Source: Octopus vulgaris (lineage: Eukaryota). Taken from it: DNA of 64,000 bases. Positions 11,801-25,186 of this stretch are shown here, in pieces; position 1 is the first letter of the stretch, and each line of letters starts with the position of its first letter. Location of the stretch: positions 74,276,001 to 74,340,000 of the forward strand of contig OX597817.1 of NCBI GenBank assembly GCA_951406725.2, read 5' to 3'. Below the pieces are notes generated by a model that saw only the letters and a program-made list of their open reading frames with translations, ran no database searches and was not told where the DNA came from. The position numbers and the translations under genes are program-made.

Positions 11801-12176
11801 TGAGTGGCTGTGTGGTAAGTAGCTTGCTAACCAACCACATGGTTCCGGGTTCAGTCCCACTGCGTGGCATCTTGGGCAAGTGTCTTCTGCTATAGCCCCG
11901 GGCCGACCAATGCCTTGTGAGTGGATTTGGTAGACAGAAACTGAAAGAAGCCTGTCGTATATATGTATATATATGTGTGTGTTTGTGTTTGTCCCCCTAG
12001 CATTGCTTGACAACCGATGCTGATGTGTTTACGTCCCCGTCACTTAGCGGTTCGGCAAAGGAGACCGATAGAATAAGTTCTGGGCTTACAAAGAATAAGT
12101 CCCGGGGTCGATTTTCTCGACTAAAGGCGTGCTCCAGCATGGCCGCAGTCAAATGACTGAAACAAGTAAAAGAGTA
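11801..12176 (+). mobile_element. SINE family B
   Basis: Near-identical to 4388-4757. Confidence 0.9.
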
Positions 12177-12693
12177 ATATAAATTGGACATGGGCGATCG
12201 TTGTATTCTTTCTTGTCTTGAGGTTCACAGCCAAACGGCTGGGTAGATTCGCGTGAAATATGGCACACATGTGGAGACAGATGCATAGATTGGAATGCGG
12301 TTTGTATTTTTTTCCTAGCATCCATACTTATTGAGAAAATCGATTAAAACTTTTCTAATGGAATTCCCGTTTTGTTCCGCCATTAAAACAACCAGTTGCT
12401 CACACAGTTGTCATATACTATTTCGCTAGCAACAAGGCAAGTACAGGATGACAGTCAGCCAAAAGTTTCTCTCTCTTCTCTCACCTCTTTGTGGGGTTAA
12501 TAATCATAATCTTTAGTTAAAGTTTCTCATTCAAACTACATAATAGGCAGAATTGTCGGATTAAGACAGTAGGGTGTTTCGAGGAAGATTTGCCTGCTAT
12601 TTCTACTAGGTCTAGCTACCATGTACAGGTCTGAACTTAATTTTCATTCATATATGCCTAACCGAAAACGATCACAGCCACATCATCCAAACA

Positions 12694-12722
12694 GACCGGG
12701 TGAAACCGGGCTTAGCTGCTAG
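12694..12722 (+). mobile_element. Helitron-like 3' terminus
   Basis: Hairpin ccgg-gtgaaa-ccgg followed by ctgCTAG|T; the 5' end was not located. Confidence 0.5.
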
Positions 12723-12759
<37 letters not shown>

Positions 12760-12760
<1 letters not shown>

Positions 12761-13091
12761 AACTTTAGGTGAGTTAAGATATGTTTGTGACATATTTCAG
12801 CTTCTAAAAGGAAAAAATTATCTCCTTTAGTATAAGCTGTCCAGTGTTTCTCCCTGTTGTATTCTCAGACGCTGCCTTTCTAGATCTTTAGCCGTTATCG
12901 ATGGGAAATATAAATGGCTAAATAGCTAGAAACGCAGCGTCTGGGAATTCGACAGAGAGCAACTCTGGACAGATATAATGTTTTTACACCTTTTACCATG
13001 AGGGAGATGTTTTTCCTCCGCGATAACTACAGTGTATTTGCCTTAAGAAGTTGAACTATATCACAAAAATATTTTAACTAACAAAAAGTTC
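12760..13091. repeat. ~330-bp imperfect fold-back with a decayed hammerhead at the apex
   Basis: gaactttaggtgagttaagatatgtttgtga pairs with tcacaaaaatattttaactaacaaaaagttc; inner arms are ctgtccag...cagacgctgc and gcagcgtctg...ctggacag. Confidence 0.88.
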
Positions 13092-13142
13092 GCTTATATC
13101 AAAGACTGCTTTGCGCCGATACTGTTTCATATATATATGTGT

Positions 13143-13423
13143 GTGGAGGCGCAATGGCCCAATGGTTAGGGCAGCGGTCTCGCGGTCGTAGGATCGCGGT
13201 TTCGATTCCCAGACCGGGCGTTGTGAGTGTTTATTGAGCGAAAACACCTAAAAAGCTCCACGAGGCTCCGGCAGAGGGTGGTGATCCCTGCTGTACACTT
13301 TCTCCCAATCTTCCTTCTGTTGGCCTGCTCGCTTAGCCAGCGGGGTGGCGTCATTCGAAGGCAAAAACAATGCGAACGCATTGTGACCAGCGATGTTTAA
13401 CAACATCTGATGGTCTGGTCGGT

Positions 13424-13430
<7 letters not shown>
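13143..13430 (+). mobile_element. SINE with a family A head and a different 3' body
   Basis: Same tRNA-like head as 6522; the sequence diverges after ctgctgtac. Confidence 0.85.
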
Positions 13431-13487
<57 letters not shown>

Positions 13488-14731
13488 ATTATCAACCGCA
13501 TATACTTTATGCATATGTGAATTATCTGGTAGGCTGCGATTTGGCGTGGTGGAGAATACTCTCTCTAAGCACCGGGTGTGAAAGCACCTGAAAGTCATGG
13601 ACAGGTGAGATAACTCGCCCCAGATCCCATCTAGTAGTGATGGACATCAATATTTTGCCATTTTGTGGCTTATCAACATCACATACTCGAACAGATCGGT
13701 GATAAATCATATCGTCAGTTCATGACATATGCATATAGTGTGAAAATTATGCGCTGGTATGCCTGGACAATGAATACGTAAGAATAAATTCAAATATGAA
13801 ATAGAAGTAGCGATAGTGTAATAAACATTGCCAACCACATATATTTAACGCATATTTTTCGTGTATATGCTAGTAAGCTGCGAATTGGCGTGATGGAGAA
13901 TACTCTCTCAGAGCGCCGAGTGTTAAAACACCTAGCAATGCACATAATTTAAATTACGTTTTTGTACACACAAAGAATGGCGTTTACTATTGGATTTAGT
14001 TTCAGACAACTTCTCCTAAGAGATTTTGTGCGTTAAACACATGCTCCAAATGAGTCTGCAAACTGCCATATACTGGTTTCGGCATAATAACGCCTCCTCA
14101 GTAACCAGCAGCGAAAAAAAAATGTAACATTGAAAAAGATATAACACCCAAAAATATGTCGTTTAGCAAGTGCCAATCCACGTTTGTGTGTACACGAGTG
14201 TTCAAAATGATGTACACGTTATTTTAATATCTGCTGATTCGAGTTCACATACCGAAATGCATACATATTATTGATGTCATAAGAATTCATAAACTTTCAA
14301 AAAAACATGAAATACTTCTATTTTTTTTGGGAACAGTGGATCTCAAAGCACACAAAGCTATAACAGCAAGTAAAAATTGTGTTGAAAACCATTTTGGAAA
14401 TAAAAAATCAAAGGTTACCCGTGGAACTCTAACTCAGATCTCTAGTAGATATGACAGGTATTCTAACATTGGACCAAAGCAATCTTTCAAATTTCTTTAC
14501 CCATTTTAGAAGCTTTGATCCTATGACAGAATGCCTGTCATGACTCCAGATGTGGGTTCAAGACTCACCAAAATTGAATAAGTAGTCAATCTTTAGAAAT
14601 TCAAGATAAATCAAGAATGAATGTAGGCCCTCACTATTTCAGTGTGTGTGTGCACGCGCGCTTGAGTGTATAAAATTCAGAAAATTAAACGATAAGGATA
14701 GATATGTGTATGTCGTTTAACGTCTGCCTTC

Positions 14732-14764
<33 letters not shown>

Positions 14765-14825
14765 ACACATATATATATAGAGAGGGGGAGAGATAGATAG
14801 ATAGACAGATAAATATATATATATA

Positions 14826-14872
<47 letters not shown>

Positions 14873-15209
14873 GCATACATACATATATACATATAGATAT
14901 ATATACATATACATACATATATATATATAGAGAGAGAAAGAGAAGAGAGAGAGAGAGAGAGAGAGATGTTTAGTATATATGATATATACATATATTATAT
15001 GCAGACCGTATATGTGTGAATGCATTATATATATGAATGTATGTCTCTTCTGATTTTAATTATTCAAATTCTTCCTCTGAAGAAGGAGCTGGTTTCTAAC
15101 GAAGATACAAACCTCCATCTTTGGGATGTAGATAACGAAAACAATGTTACATTTTAAACCGAAGAAAAGCCTTGCATAGTTTTACTGTTCCACTTACAGA
15201 TTGTATTTC

Positions 15210-15715
15210 ATCATTATCATCATCATCATCATCATCATCATCGTTTAACGTCCGCTTTCCATGCTGGCATGGGTTGGATGGTTTGACTGGAAACTGGTGA
15301 GTCAGATGGATGCACCAGGCTCCAATCTGATCTGGCAGAGTTTCTACAGCTGGACGCCCTTCCTAACGCCAACCACTTCGAGAGTGTAGTGGATGCTTTT
15401 ACATGCCACAAGCATGAGGGCCAGTCAGGCGGTACTGGCAACGGCCACACTCAAATGGTGTTTTTACGTGTCACCTGCACAGGAGCCAGTCCAGTGGCAC
15501 TGGCAACGCCCTCGCTCGAATGTTGTTTTTCATGTAACACCAGCACAAGTGCCAGTAAGGCGACGCTGGTAACGATCACGTTCGAATGGTGCTTTTTATG
15601 TGCCACTGGCATGAGGGCCAGTCAGCGGCCCTGGTAACGATCACGCTCGGATGGTGCTCTTAGCGCTTCTCTAGCATGGATGCCAGTCATGCGGTGCTGT
15701 CATCGAATTTGATTT
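15210..15715 (-). mobile_element. Family D repeat (RTE 3'UTR-like, with (GAT)n tail and internal variable repeats)
   Basis: Shares ccaacccatgccagcatggaaagcggacgttaaacgatgatgat with more than 10 other copies (e.g. 26520-26840, 31710-31960, 33260-33720, 34140-34670). Confidence 0.8.
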
Positions 15716-17264
15716 GTATTTGTAATGTGCAAATCAGTTGGTTGATTTCTTTTTCTTAAGATCCAAGCTTATCCAGACTGACAGTCAAGCATTTACTTAC
15801 AGACCCAAGTGCCCCAATTATTATTGATATAAGTGTAAATTTGTAATCTGGATTTAGAAGCTGGAGGTTTTGAGGCAGTTGTCCATAGTTATCTTCAACA
15901 CATCTATTTATTTTTAATATGTTCTGGCAAATTCAAACATGAAAATCTGATCACTGTTGTTTTTTTGCCCCTGGAGAGCACCTCCTTCCTTTAGGCTATG
16001 TTTTGTAAGGGGCATAAAACAATAATGATCAGATATTCATGTTTGTTATGATATGTTAATGTTTAGATCTCTCAGTTCTGCATGCATCACATGAATTCTT
16101 ATTTGTTTGACAGACATCTGCACACATCAGCAAATAATTTGCTTGCTGATTCCTATAAATAAGAGCTAACACTCTTGTGAGATTTGTAAGTCCAGTGGGG
16201 TATCTTCAACTGAGGAGATACACAATAGGGTCGAGTAAGTTGCAATATCTCAAAGTCCCCTTACATGGGTGAACCAGTGGATCATGTGTGTTATGAATAC
16301 ACATCATATAATGAGAGGAAGTGTTTTCTAATGGCAAACAAACAATTCAGCATGGCAGATGGATGTTAAATGATGATGGTGGTGGTGGTGGTGGTGGTGG
16401 TGGTGGTTATAGTGATGATGAGGAGGAGGATATCAACTAAATATATAAAAAGCAATTACAACAAGAAAGGGATAATGAAACAGCTCAGAAAGTTTCATGT
16501 TAACTTTTTGAGATTTTTTTGATAAAATAATTAAAACCAAGAAATGAATTTCAATGAATTTAATATCTTTCACCAGAAATCTCTGGTTAGTGTTATATAG
16601 CAACAAATCTGAAGATAATGGTTTTGGCTGATTTGGTTCATTGACAAAACATTCAAAGATGATGTCAAACAATTCTTAAGTTAGTTTTGTTTAGTAACAA
16701 GATCAAAGGATATAAATATTGCTCACAAACACATTTCAACTCTTTTAAATATCATTTTCTTTGTTATTTATCAACAAATCTGTAATCTGTAATTTGTCTG
16801 TAGAAAAACCTTCAAGCAATGTCATTCAGCAGGAAGTTATTTTTCTGTCAATACTGTTCATTAACAAATCTTCAAATAATCTTGATTAATATAAAAATCT
16901 TTAAGTAATTTAATTTCCATGATAAATTTCCTTTACATTTCATTATCTTTAGTAAACAACAGGAAAATGATAATACAGTGATAGTAAACAATAAAATCCT
17001 CATCTTGTATGCGAAAAAAGTGAAAATGAATAGTTCCATAAAGAAGTTCAGAAACACTGAATTATGTCTTAGAACAGTACACAAATCACCATCAGAAGGA
17101 AGAATTTGGTAAAAATGTGCATTAATACCAGTTAAAAAAAAAAAAAAATGAATGCACTCAAATTTCATGAAAGTTAATCAGCGATATTTACACAACAATG
17201 TGAATGTAATGCAGCAGTCAAGAATATATCATACTTTGAAAATTGACAAGAATCATCTTCATTG

Positions 17265-17325
17265 TCACGAGGTCTCTCCAATTTTACGAACATGGAGTGA
17301 ATAGGTTACTTTCTTTGAAGTCAAT
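17265..17325 (-). CDS. FYCO1: FYCO1 last coding exon (end of GOLD domain)
   Basis: tttacag|A TTG...: (R)LTSKKVTYSLHVRKIGETS*; TGA at 17267-17265. Confidence 0.9.
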
Positions 17326-17464
17326 CTGTAAAGAAAAGATGAAGAATATTGATTAGCTAAATAAAATACTGATTTCAAATTTTGGCACAAGGCCAGCAAT
17401 TTCAGGGGAGGGGGTAAGAAGACTGCATTGACCTTAGTGCTCAACTGGTACTTATTTTATCAAA

Positions 17465-17700
17465 TGCGGTGAGCTGGCAGAAACATTAGCATGCCAGGCG
17501 AAATGCGTAGCCGTATTTCGTCTGCCACTACGTTCTGAGTTCAAATTCCGCAGAGGTCAAACTTGCCTTTCATCCTTTCGGGGTCAATAAATTAAGGACC
17601 AGTTACGCACTGGGGTCGATATAATCGACTTAATCCATTTGTCTGTCCTTGTTTGTCCTCTCTGTGTTTAGCCCCTTGTGGGTAGTAAAGAAATAGGTAC
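17465..17700 (+). mobile_element. SINE family C nested in an oppositely oriented related repeat
   Basis: Matches the 7214 family. Confidence 0.8.
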
Positions 17701-18519
17701 TTATTTTATCAACCCTGATAAAATGAAGGGCAAAGTCAACTTTGGCAGACTTTGAACTCAAAACATAAAGATGGACAAAATGCTTAGCAGCATTTTGGTC
17801 AGCATCTTAAAAATTCTGACAGCTCACCATCTTATCTGTATAAAATATTGAATCTTCAAAGTATGGTGATGTAGTAACATAAAATATATTTGACATTAGA
17901 TAGGATAAGAACCACTTTGAAACAGAGAAGAGAGCAATGGGCATTAACAGAATTTTAACCAGATATCTATTGCTTCTCAAATGAATGTGGTAACCAATTA
18001 TGCTACACAGGGCCTGTCTATAACAAGTAAAAGCTTTTATCAACCAGCTCAGGGTGGACTCAAAATGTTGCCCTGCTCACCTCCCAAATGCTATGCAAGA
18101 TCAAAATAGCTTGCATGATTAAGTCAGGCAAATTCAACCAGATAGTATCACCAACTTAATTTAATGATTTCCATATTTAGTATAACACTTCTTAAAATTC
18201 TCTTAACATAAAGTTTTCTTTCATATTTCCTATGACAGCTTTAAAATCTTAACGTAAATTTCTTGCTTATTGTTTTTTTTCTTTTTTCCCAAGTTTTTTT
18301 ATAACAGTTATAAAGTGCTTACTAGTAACTATTCTTTGAATCTGATATAGCAAAAATATCATCATCATCAACAACAACAACATTTGACGTCCATTTTCCA
18401 TGCTGGCATTGACAGGAATTGAGAAACCCAAGGACTACACCAGGTTCCATAGTCTATTTTGGCTTGGTTTCCATGTCTGGATACTCTTCCTATTGCCAAC
18501 CACTCCAAAGAGTGGACTG

Positions 18520-18720
18520 AGTGCCTTTTACATGGCACCATCACCAGTGCTTTTTATGTGGCACCATCATCAGTGCTTTCTATGTTGCACTATTACCAGT
18601 GCATTTTATGTGGTACCATCACCAGTGCTTTCTATGTTGCACTATTACCAGTGCTTTTTATGTGGCACCATCACCAGTGCTTTTTATGTGGCTCCATCAC
18701 CAGTGCTTTTAATGTGACAC
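18520..18720. repeat. 25-bp minisatellite inside a family D copy
   Basis: Unit gtggcaccatcaccagtgcttttta repeated about 8 times. Confidence 0.9.
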
Positions 18721-19376
18721 CAACACCCACACCGATGCTTTTTACACAGCACCTTGGTTTTTTGGATCTCAGTTCTGCTGTGATGGGTGGGTCTTCTCAA
18801 GAACAGTAATGCACCACATATCTTGTATTTTTAAATAGCTCAGGGCTGTGTAGGGCAGTGTGTTGTTGTTCTTCTTCTTTCCCAGTTCAGCTGTCATCCA
18901 ACAGATCTTTGATCAAAACAGTTTCAAACACTAATCATCCAGTTTTATTTCCAAAGATAGTGTATCTAGAACTACATTACCCACCGTCTTTAAAGGAAGC
19001 AGGATATGATTTGAAGATTTAGGTACCATTTCTAGCAGTTAAGTAATTGTACAGATGCTGTGTTGACAGAAATGGTTAGGCACAGGATGAAATATATTAC
19101 AGAATTTAGTTTTGACCATCTTTATTTTAAATTCAAATCATGTTATGGTTATCAATACTATCTTTTATCTCAATTAAATCAATGTCAATAGCATACACAA
19201 CATTTCTGACGATGCCTTTGAATTATTTATTTAAAACAATTCTATTTTTTACTACAATCTTGTGTGTATATTTATTGATTCATTCTTTCATCAATACTGC
19301 ACTAAACACATTTGAAGGCAACGCTTCACTGATCAGGTCAGAATAAACCAAAACACGTCCAAAATTGTCTCCCATA

Positions 19377-19743
19377 CTCTTTTACTCTTTTACTTGTTTC
19401 AGTCATTGACTGTGGCCATGCTGGAGCACCACCTTTAGTCAAACAAATCAACCCCAGGAATTATTCTTTGTAAGCCTAGTACTTATTCTATCAGTCTCTT
19501 TTGCCGAACCGCTAAGTTACGGGGACGTAAACACACCAGCATCGGTTGTCAAGCGATGTTGTGGGGACAAACACAGACACACAAACGTATATATACATAC
19601 ATACATATATACGACGGACTACTTTCAGTTTCCGTCTACCAAATCCACTCACAAGGCTTTGGTCAGCCCAAGGCTATAGTAGAAGACATTTGCCCAAGGT
19701 GCCACACAGTGGAACTGAACCTGGAACCATGTGGTTTGTAAGC
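19377..19743 (-). mobile_element. SINE family B (5'-truncated)
   Basis: Reverse complement of family B. Confidence 0.88.
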
Positions 19744-20324
19744 TATGAAAATCACAATCACCATTGTTTGTCTCTTTCCTCGCCATACATTTATTACTAG
19801 TTTTTTTATCTTTTTCTTTTTTGTTTTATTTTTTTTTTATTAAAACTCTAGGTATTAAAACTGGTGCACTGACAAACTGCACCCAACCATTTCAGTGTGG
19901 TTGGTAAGAGAGTGGAGAAAAAGTGAGGTTGAGAAGTCTTTTTAAACTTCTTGAGGACATGACCACCTCTCTAGTGCTGGCACCATAAAATGCACCTTGT
20001 ATACTCTGTAAAGTGGTTGATGAAAGGAAGGGCATTTAGCCATAGAAACCAAGCCAAAAATGGCATAGACCTATGACTCACTTAAATGGGCAGCAAATTC
20101 CAAGTAAGAATTGTCTAACTGTGACAACCCATCCATCATGGAAATCAGACTTCAAATGATGCAGACAAATTAACAACAGAAGCAACTGTGGCTCTAACAG
20201 TAGCAACAATGATGAAACCTAGATGGTATATTCATATAAAAAAATGTTTCTGCCACTTTAAGATTCTATTGCAATAGGTACTCTTTCTCTTTCTATCTCT
20301 CCCTCTCCATATATATATAGAAAA

Positions 20325-20643
20325 CGGTAAAAACGTCACCCTTTTCAAGCCTAGCCAGGCTCATAGGCCTAGTTTCCCAGTTTCTGTGGCATATGTGTTC
20401 CCCCCAGCTGGACGGGATGCCAGTCCATCGCAGCGTTACTCAAGAAACAGGAAGAGAGAGTGAGAGAAAGTCATGGCGAAAGAGTACAACAGGGGTCAAC
20501 CCCCGCCCACCCCGCCGGAGCCTCGTGGAGCTTTTAGGGCTTTTCGCTCAATAAACACACACAATGCCCGGTCTGGGAATTGAAACCGTGATCCTCCGAC
20601 CGCGAGTCCGCTGCCCTAACCTCTGGGCCATTGCGCCTTCACT
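20325..20643 (-). mobile_element. SINE with a family A head and a third type of 3' body
   Basis: Head matches 6522; the tail differs from both 6522 and 13143. Confidence 0.8.
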
Positions 20644-20645
20644 CC

Positions 20646-20676
<31 letters not shown>

Positions 20677-21211
20677 ATCTCACACTCTGTTGCTTTCCTT
20701 TCACACTATTTTGAAATTATTCACCCACCTCTTCCCCCTCTAATCCACTGTCTGTATTTTCTTATAATCACCTTGAGCATTCACTCTGGTACCTTGCCAC
20801 AACCATTTTCCTCTTCTTCCCAACTACTCCCACTGATCCTTACATAATGTGAGTTAGCTGTATAATCTCCTCTATAGCAAGACCTGTACATTGTCCCTCT
20901 ATTATACTTCAGCTTCTCAACACCAAACATACAGTCACCTCTTCCTTTCTCAAATACACCTTTCCACTAAGTCAAGGCCACTTTTTCCTTTATTTTACCT
21001 AGTGTTGCAAGTGACTTGGCAGACTCACTAGTGCTGGTGCCACAAAAAACTCACACCCTATACACTCCGTAAAGTGACTGACATTAGGAAGGGCATCCAA
21101 CCATTGAAACCATGCCAAAGCTGATATTGGAGTTGGATGCAGTCCCGTGGCTTGTCGGATCCTGTCAAACCATCCAACTCATGGCAACATGGAAAACAAG
21201 TGTTTGATGCT

Positions 21212-21296
21212 GATGATGATGATGGTGGTGGTGGTGGTGGTGGTGATGGTGATGATGATGATGATTATGGATGATTGATGGATGATTGATGGATGA

Positions 21297-21392
<96 letters not shown>
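21212..21392. repeat. (GAT)n/(GGT)n microsatellite
   Basis: Directly visible; tail of a family D copy. Confidence 0.97.
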
Positions 21393-21395
<3 letters not shown>

Positions 21396-21505
21396 TACAT
21401 GAGAATATGATAGTTTCTTGAAAAACTGAGTGTGCAACCCATTTCTGAAATTAATCAAAACTCAATCTAGATTTTATTGGGGTTTTTTTTCACACTTTTA
21501 CTTAC

Positions 21506-21678
21506 CTGGAATAAGCATTATCGAATATAATTTGATAAATTCCCAAATCACGAGGTGTCAATTGACCTTTAATAGTTTGATGATGAGACTGGCATTTCTG
21601 GACTGGTATCAATATTTTTTCATTGCCGTCATTGGGACAGGGATTTTGAGAATTAAATATAACACCAAATGCAATATC
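21506..21678 (-). CDS. FYCO1: FYCO1 exon (GOLD domain)
   Basis: ag|DIAFGVIFNSQNPCPNDGNEKILIPVQKCQSHHQTIKGQLTPRDLGIYQIIFDNAYS|gtaagt; 173 nt. Confidence 0.93.
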
Positions 21679-21966
21679 CTGATAAAAGGAAAGGAAAAGA
21701 GAAAAAGAGAAAAGCATTTAATATGATTTTAACCATTAAAAAAAATTGATAAATAGGCATTTGGTTTCTAGTTGTAGCAGGACAAGTAACACATTAGTTT
21801 CTATTCAAGATTCATTTGCTCTATTTCAGACAGTGTAGATACAATATAAAGCACAAACATGTAAAGGTGTATGTAATACAAACTCACACAAACAACTGCA
21901 CACAGATACACATACATACATATATACATGCATACATAAATACATTCAAACATACATACATACATG

Positions 21967-22002
<36 letters not shown>

Positions 22003-22291
22003 TACATATATATATAAATGTGTGAGAGAGAGAGAGAGAGAGAGAGATGGTAGTCACTCATAGTCCAGGAAAGATGGTTCTGCAATTTCTTGCCAGACAA
22101 CTTGCACAAAAGATTTGGTTTATAGTGAGTAAATGTATGTTCTGTACATTAGTTCACTCCCTCCATCAAATCACCATTACCTGAACAACTGCATGGTGTA
22201 CCATATATCAGGTGTCAAAGTTATCACAGAGCAACATGAGATGAAGTGTTTTGCTCAAGAACACAATGCACCATCCAGTCTAGGAATTGAA

Positions 22292-22335
<44 letters not shown>

Positions 22336-22384
22336 AAGAGATTGAGAGATGTATGTTTGTATGCATAAATATATTAATACTAAC

Positions 22385-22547
22385 CTTGGGATATGACGTG
22401 AATTCCCAACAGATATCCAGACCAAGTTTGTTTACACAGACAGACACAATATAGGAACAGCCATACCGTATCCAAATAATCCTTTCTGAATTTATTTCTC
22501 CTCGCTCAAGTTCTTCCAAAGATACTGAGATACCAGTTGGTAATTTC
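22385..22547 (-). CDS. FYCO1: FYCO1 exon (start of GOLD domain)
   Basis: ag|KLPTGISVSLEELERGEINSERIIWIRYGCSYIVSVCVNKLGLDICWEFTSYPK|gttagt; 163 nt. Confidence 0.92.
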
Positions 22548-23984
22548 CTATAATGAAAATCAAACAAATTTTAAAAAATTAGGAATTATCATTAATATTG
22601 CATTGTTCAAAGGTAGTGAGCTGGCAGAATCTCTAGAATGCCAAGCAAAATGCTTAGTGGCATTTCATCCATCTTTGTGATCTGAGTTCTAATTTTGCTG
22701 AGGGTGACTTTTCTTTTCATCCTTTCAGGGTTGATAAAATAAGTACCAATTGATCACTGGGGGGGAGGAATGTTTATAATGATATATCATGAATATATTA
22801 TTTGATACCAACCTGCCTGAAACTGCCTCTGGCTCTGTAGTACAAAGTCTTGTTTTTAAAAGTTCTGATTTAAAATCTTCCACCAAACCTTAGTCACAAT
22901 TTATGTTCCGATCACTAGCTTAATGATAACTAAGTCATTTTACTAAATTCTTTGTTATATTTAAAATTAATTGAAAGAAACACAGCATCTCAATAGAAAT
23001 ATGGTAACAAAAGGGTTAAAGAGGAATAACTGTATTCATCAAAACACTTTTCTGTATCTAGTTGTTAAGTTTACATCTGTAACTACATGGTTGATTTTGT
23101 ATTTCATCTCTGTCTGAAGTCAATTGAATCAAATCCAGTAATATCAGTCAGAGAGCATAAGGCAATGGCAATAGGGTAACAGAAAACCAGCTGAGACATT
23201 ACTGGTTCATACAGTAACACTTGTACAATGTAGTATATTTAGCCAAGGCACATAACTCTCAACTAGTCCAATTTACTCAGATGCTAATACAAAAGCACAG
23301 GATAAGTGGGAACAACCAGACATTGGAATTAGTGGCAGTATTATAAAATTGATGATGTGAAGTATTGAGTTCAATTCTGCCCACAAAAGAAGTTTCCAAT
23401 GAGAGATTATTATCATATCCAGGAATATATTAATAATTGAATACATAAAAAAAAATTACAGCAAATGTACAACAGACATACACAGTCAATATTGTTAGCT
23501 TGATACTCAAGGTAAAATGGAAAGAAGTAAAAGATATTATATTTCAGACACAGTCCTTCTACAGATACAAGAAAAAAGTCCAGGAGATATTGGGAAAGGA
23601 TGGAGAAAAAGAAACAAGATGAAAATAAAAGAGCTGGAAAAAAAATTATGTGGAATCAGTAGAAATACCAATCTAGAAGAACACCAATCCCCATCTCCCT
23701 GTAATATATATCAACAAACAATGGGTGACAAATGTAATCTTGGATAGTAAACCTAATCTATCACCTAGATTAACACTATCACAACCTGACCCTTGAATAC
23801 CTTTATTGAAGTCTACTTTGTTGTAAGCATTCATGCCAGATCTCCCTACAAAAAGTAATAATATACTGACCAGGCAACCCACCAAAAAAAAAAAATTTTT
23901 GACCCCCTTCCTTTTTATTAATGAGAAGGCTAAATAAAGTTTACATCCATATAATTCTTCTTTCTTCATGTTAGACAAGTTTAA

Positions 23985-24195
23985 CCCTTTAGCATATAAA
24001 CTGGTCATATCTACCTGATCATATTCTACCTGTTTTAACTTCAAACTGGTCAGATCTGGTCTTTCACACCTACAGCATCATTTTACAAATGAACAATCAT
24101 CAAAATCTCAAAGTTATGAAATAATGCAGGATTAATTCAAAATGATGTGAATACATAGGTATTACATTTGACAGAGTAATCTGAACATTAAAGGG
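23985..24195. mobile_element. piggyBac-like MITE
   Basis: TTAA-CCCTTTA...TAAAGGG-TTAA; about 210-220 bp; five copies in the window. Confidence 0.8.
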
Positions 24196-25186
24196 TTAAA
24201 AATCTTGAAACTAACTTAATTTTATTGAATATAGACATTTGTCTACCCCACCTCCTATCAATTTTACTCTTTATCATAGCAGGATCTTGCCCCATCTATG
24301 AGAAACACTGTATTGATTTATACATTACAACTGTATTAACCATGTATTCTTTTCTCTTCCACCAGTCTTTGAGACCAATACAAAGTTCCTGAGTACAGTT
24401 CTTTCTTCTCTGACTATATTATTATTGTTTTTCATTTTTTTTATTTACAAAACCCATGGTAATGCTTGAGTATCTTTTGGTAAAACAAAAACATATTCAG
24501 AAATATATTATACAAAAAAAAAAAAATTAGGAGGTGACCTGGTAGAAATGTTAGGGTTCAATTCTGAATTCAAATCTTGCCAAGGTCAACTTTACATCCT
24601 AACCCTTGGAATTCATAAAATAAAGTACCAGTTAAGTACTAGAGTCAATGGTATTGACTAAGCCCCTCCCCTCAAAATTGTTTGCCTTGTGCCTAAATCA
24701 GAAACCATTATACCCAAATATAATTATCTCAAATTTTGGCAAAAGGCCAGCAATTTTAGAGGAGTGGGTAAGCCAGTTATATCATCCTAGTGCTCAGCCA
24801 TTACTTATTTTATTAACCTTGACAGGATGAAAGGCAAAGTAGAATGTGATGGCATTTAAACTCAAAATATAAAGAACTGGAAGAGATGCTGCTAAATACT
24901 TTATTGACCCCACTAGTGATTCTACCAGTTCACACAAATATAATCAATAAGATAAAGTAAACAAGGGATTTCTATAACATTTTTCTAAATTTTTAATTTT
25001 GAAACAGTTTTTGTTTAAAATTTTCATGCTAAATGTGCCAGTAATTTTTAACTTTCCATTCATTCATCCCTGTTGTATCAACCCATGTCTTGTTTTGCAA
25101 TTTATTCCTTTCTTCTCAACCAGTCTTTGAAACTCATGCAAAATTCCTGAGCACAGCCCTTCCTTCTCTAGCTAAATAATCTGTCA

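Noticed and set aside
19200-19365. ctgacga followed by a tgcctttgaat/atttgaaggca stem
   Set aside because: No GAAA follows the stem and there is no convincing stem I.
24330-25172. Two diverged ~90-bp similar segments (about 24330-24415 and 25072-25172) as mutually exclusive exons
   Set aside because: No consistent splice sites or shared open frame, and the FYCO1 model is complete without them.
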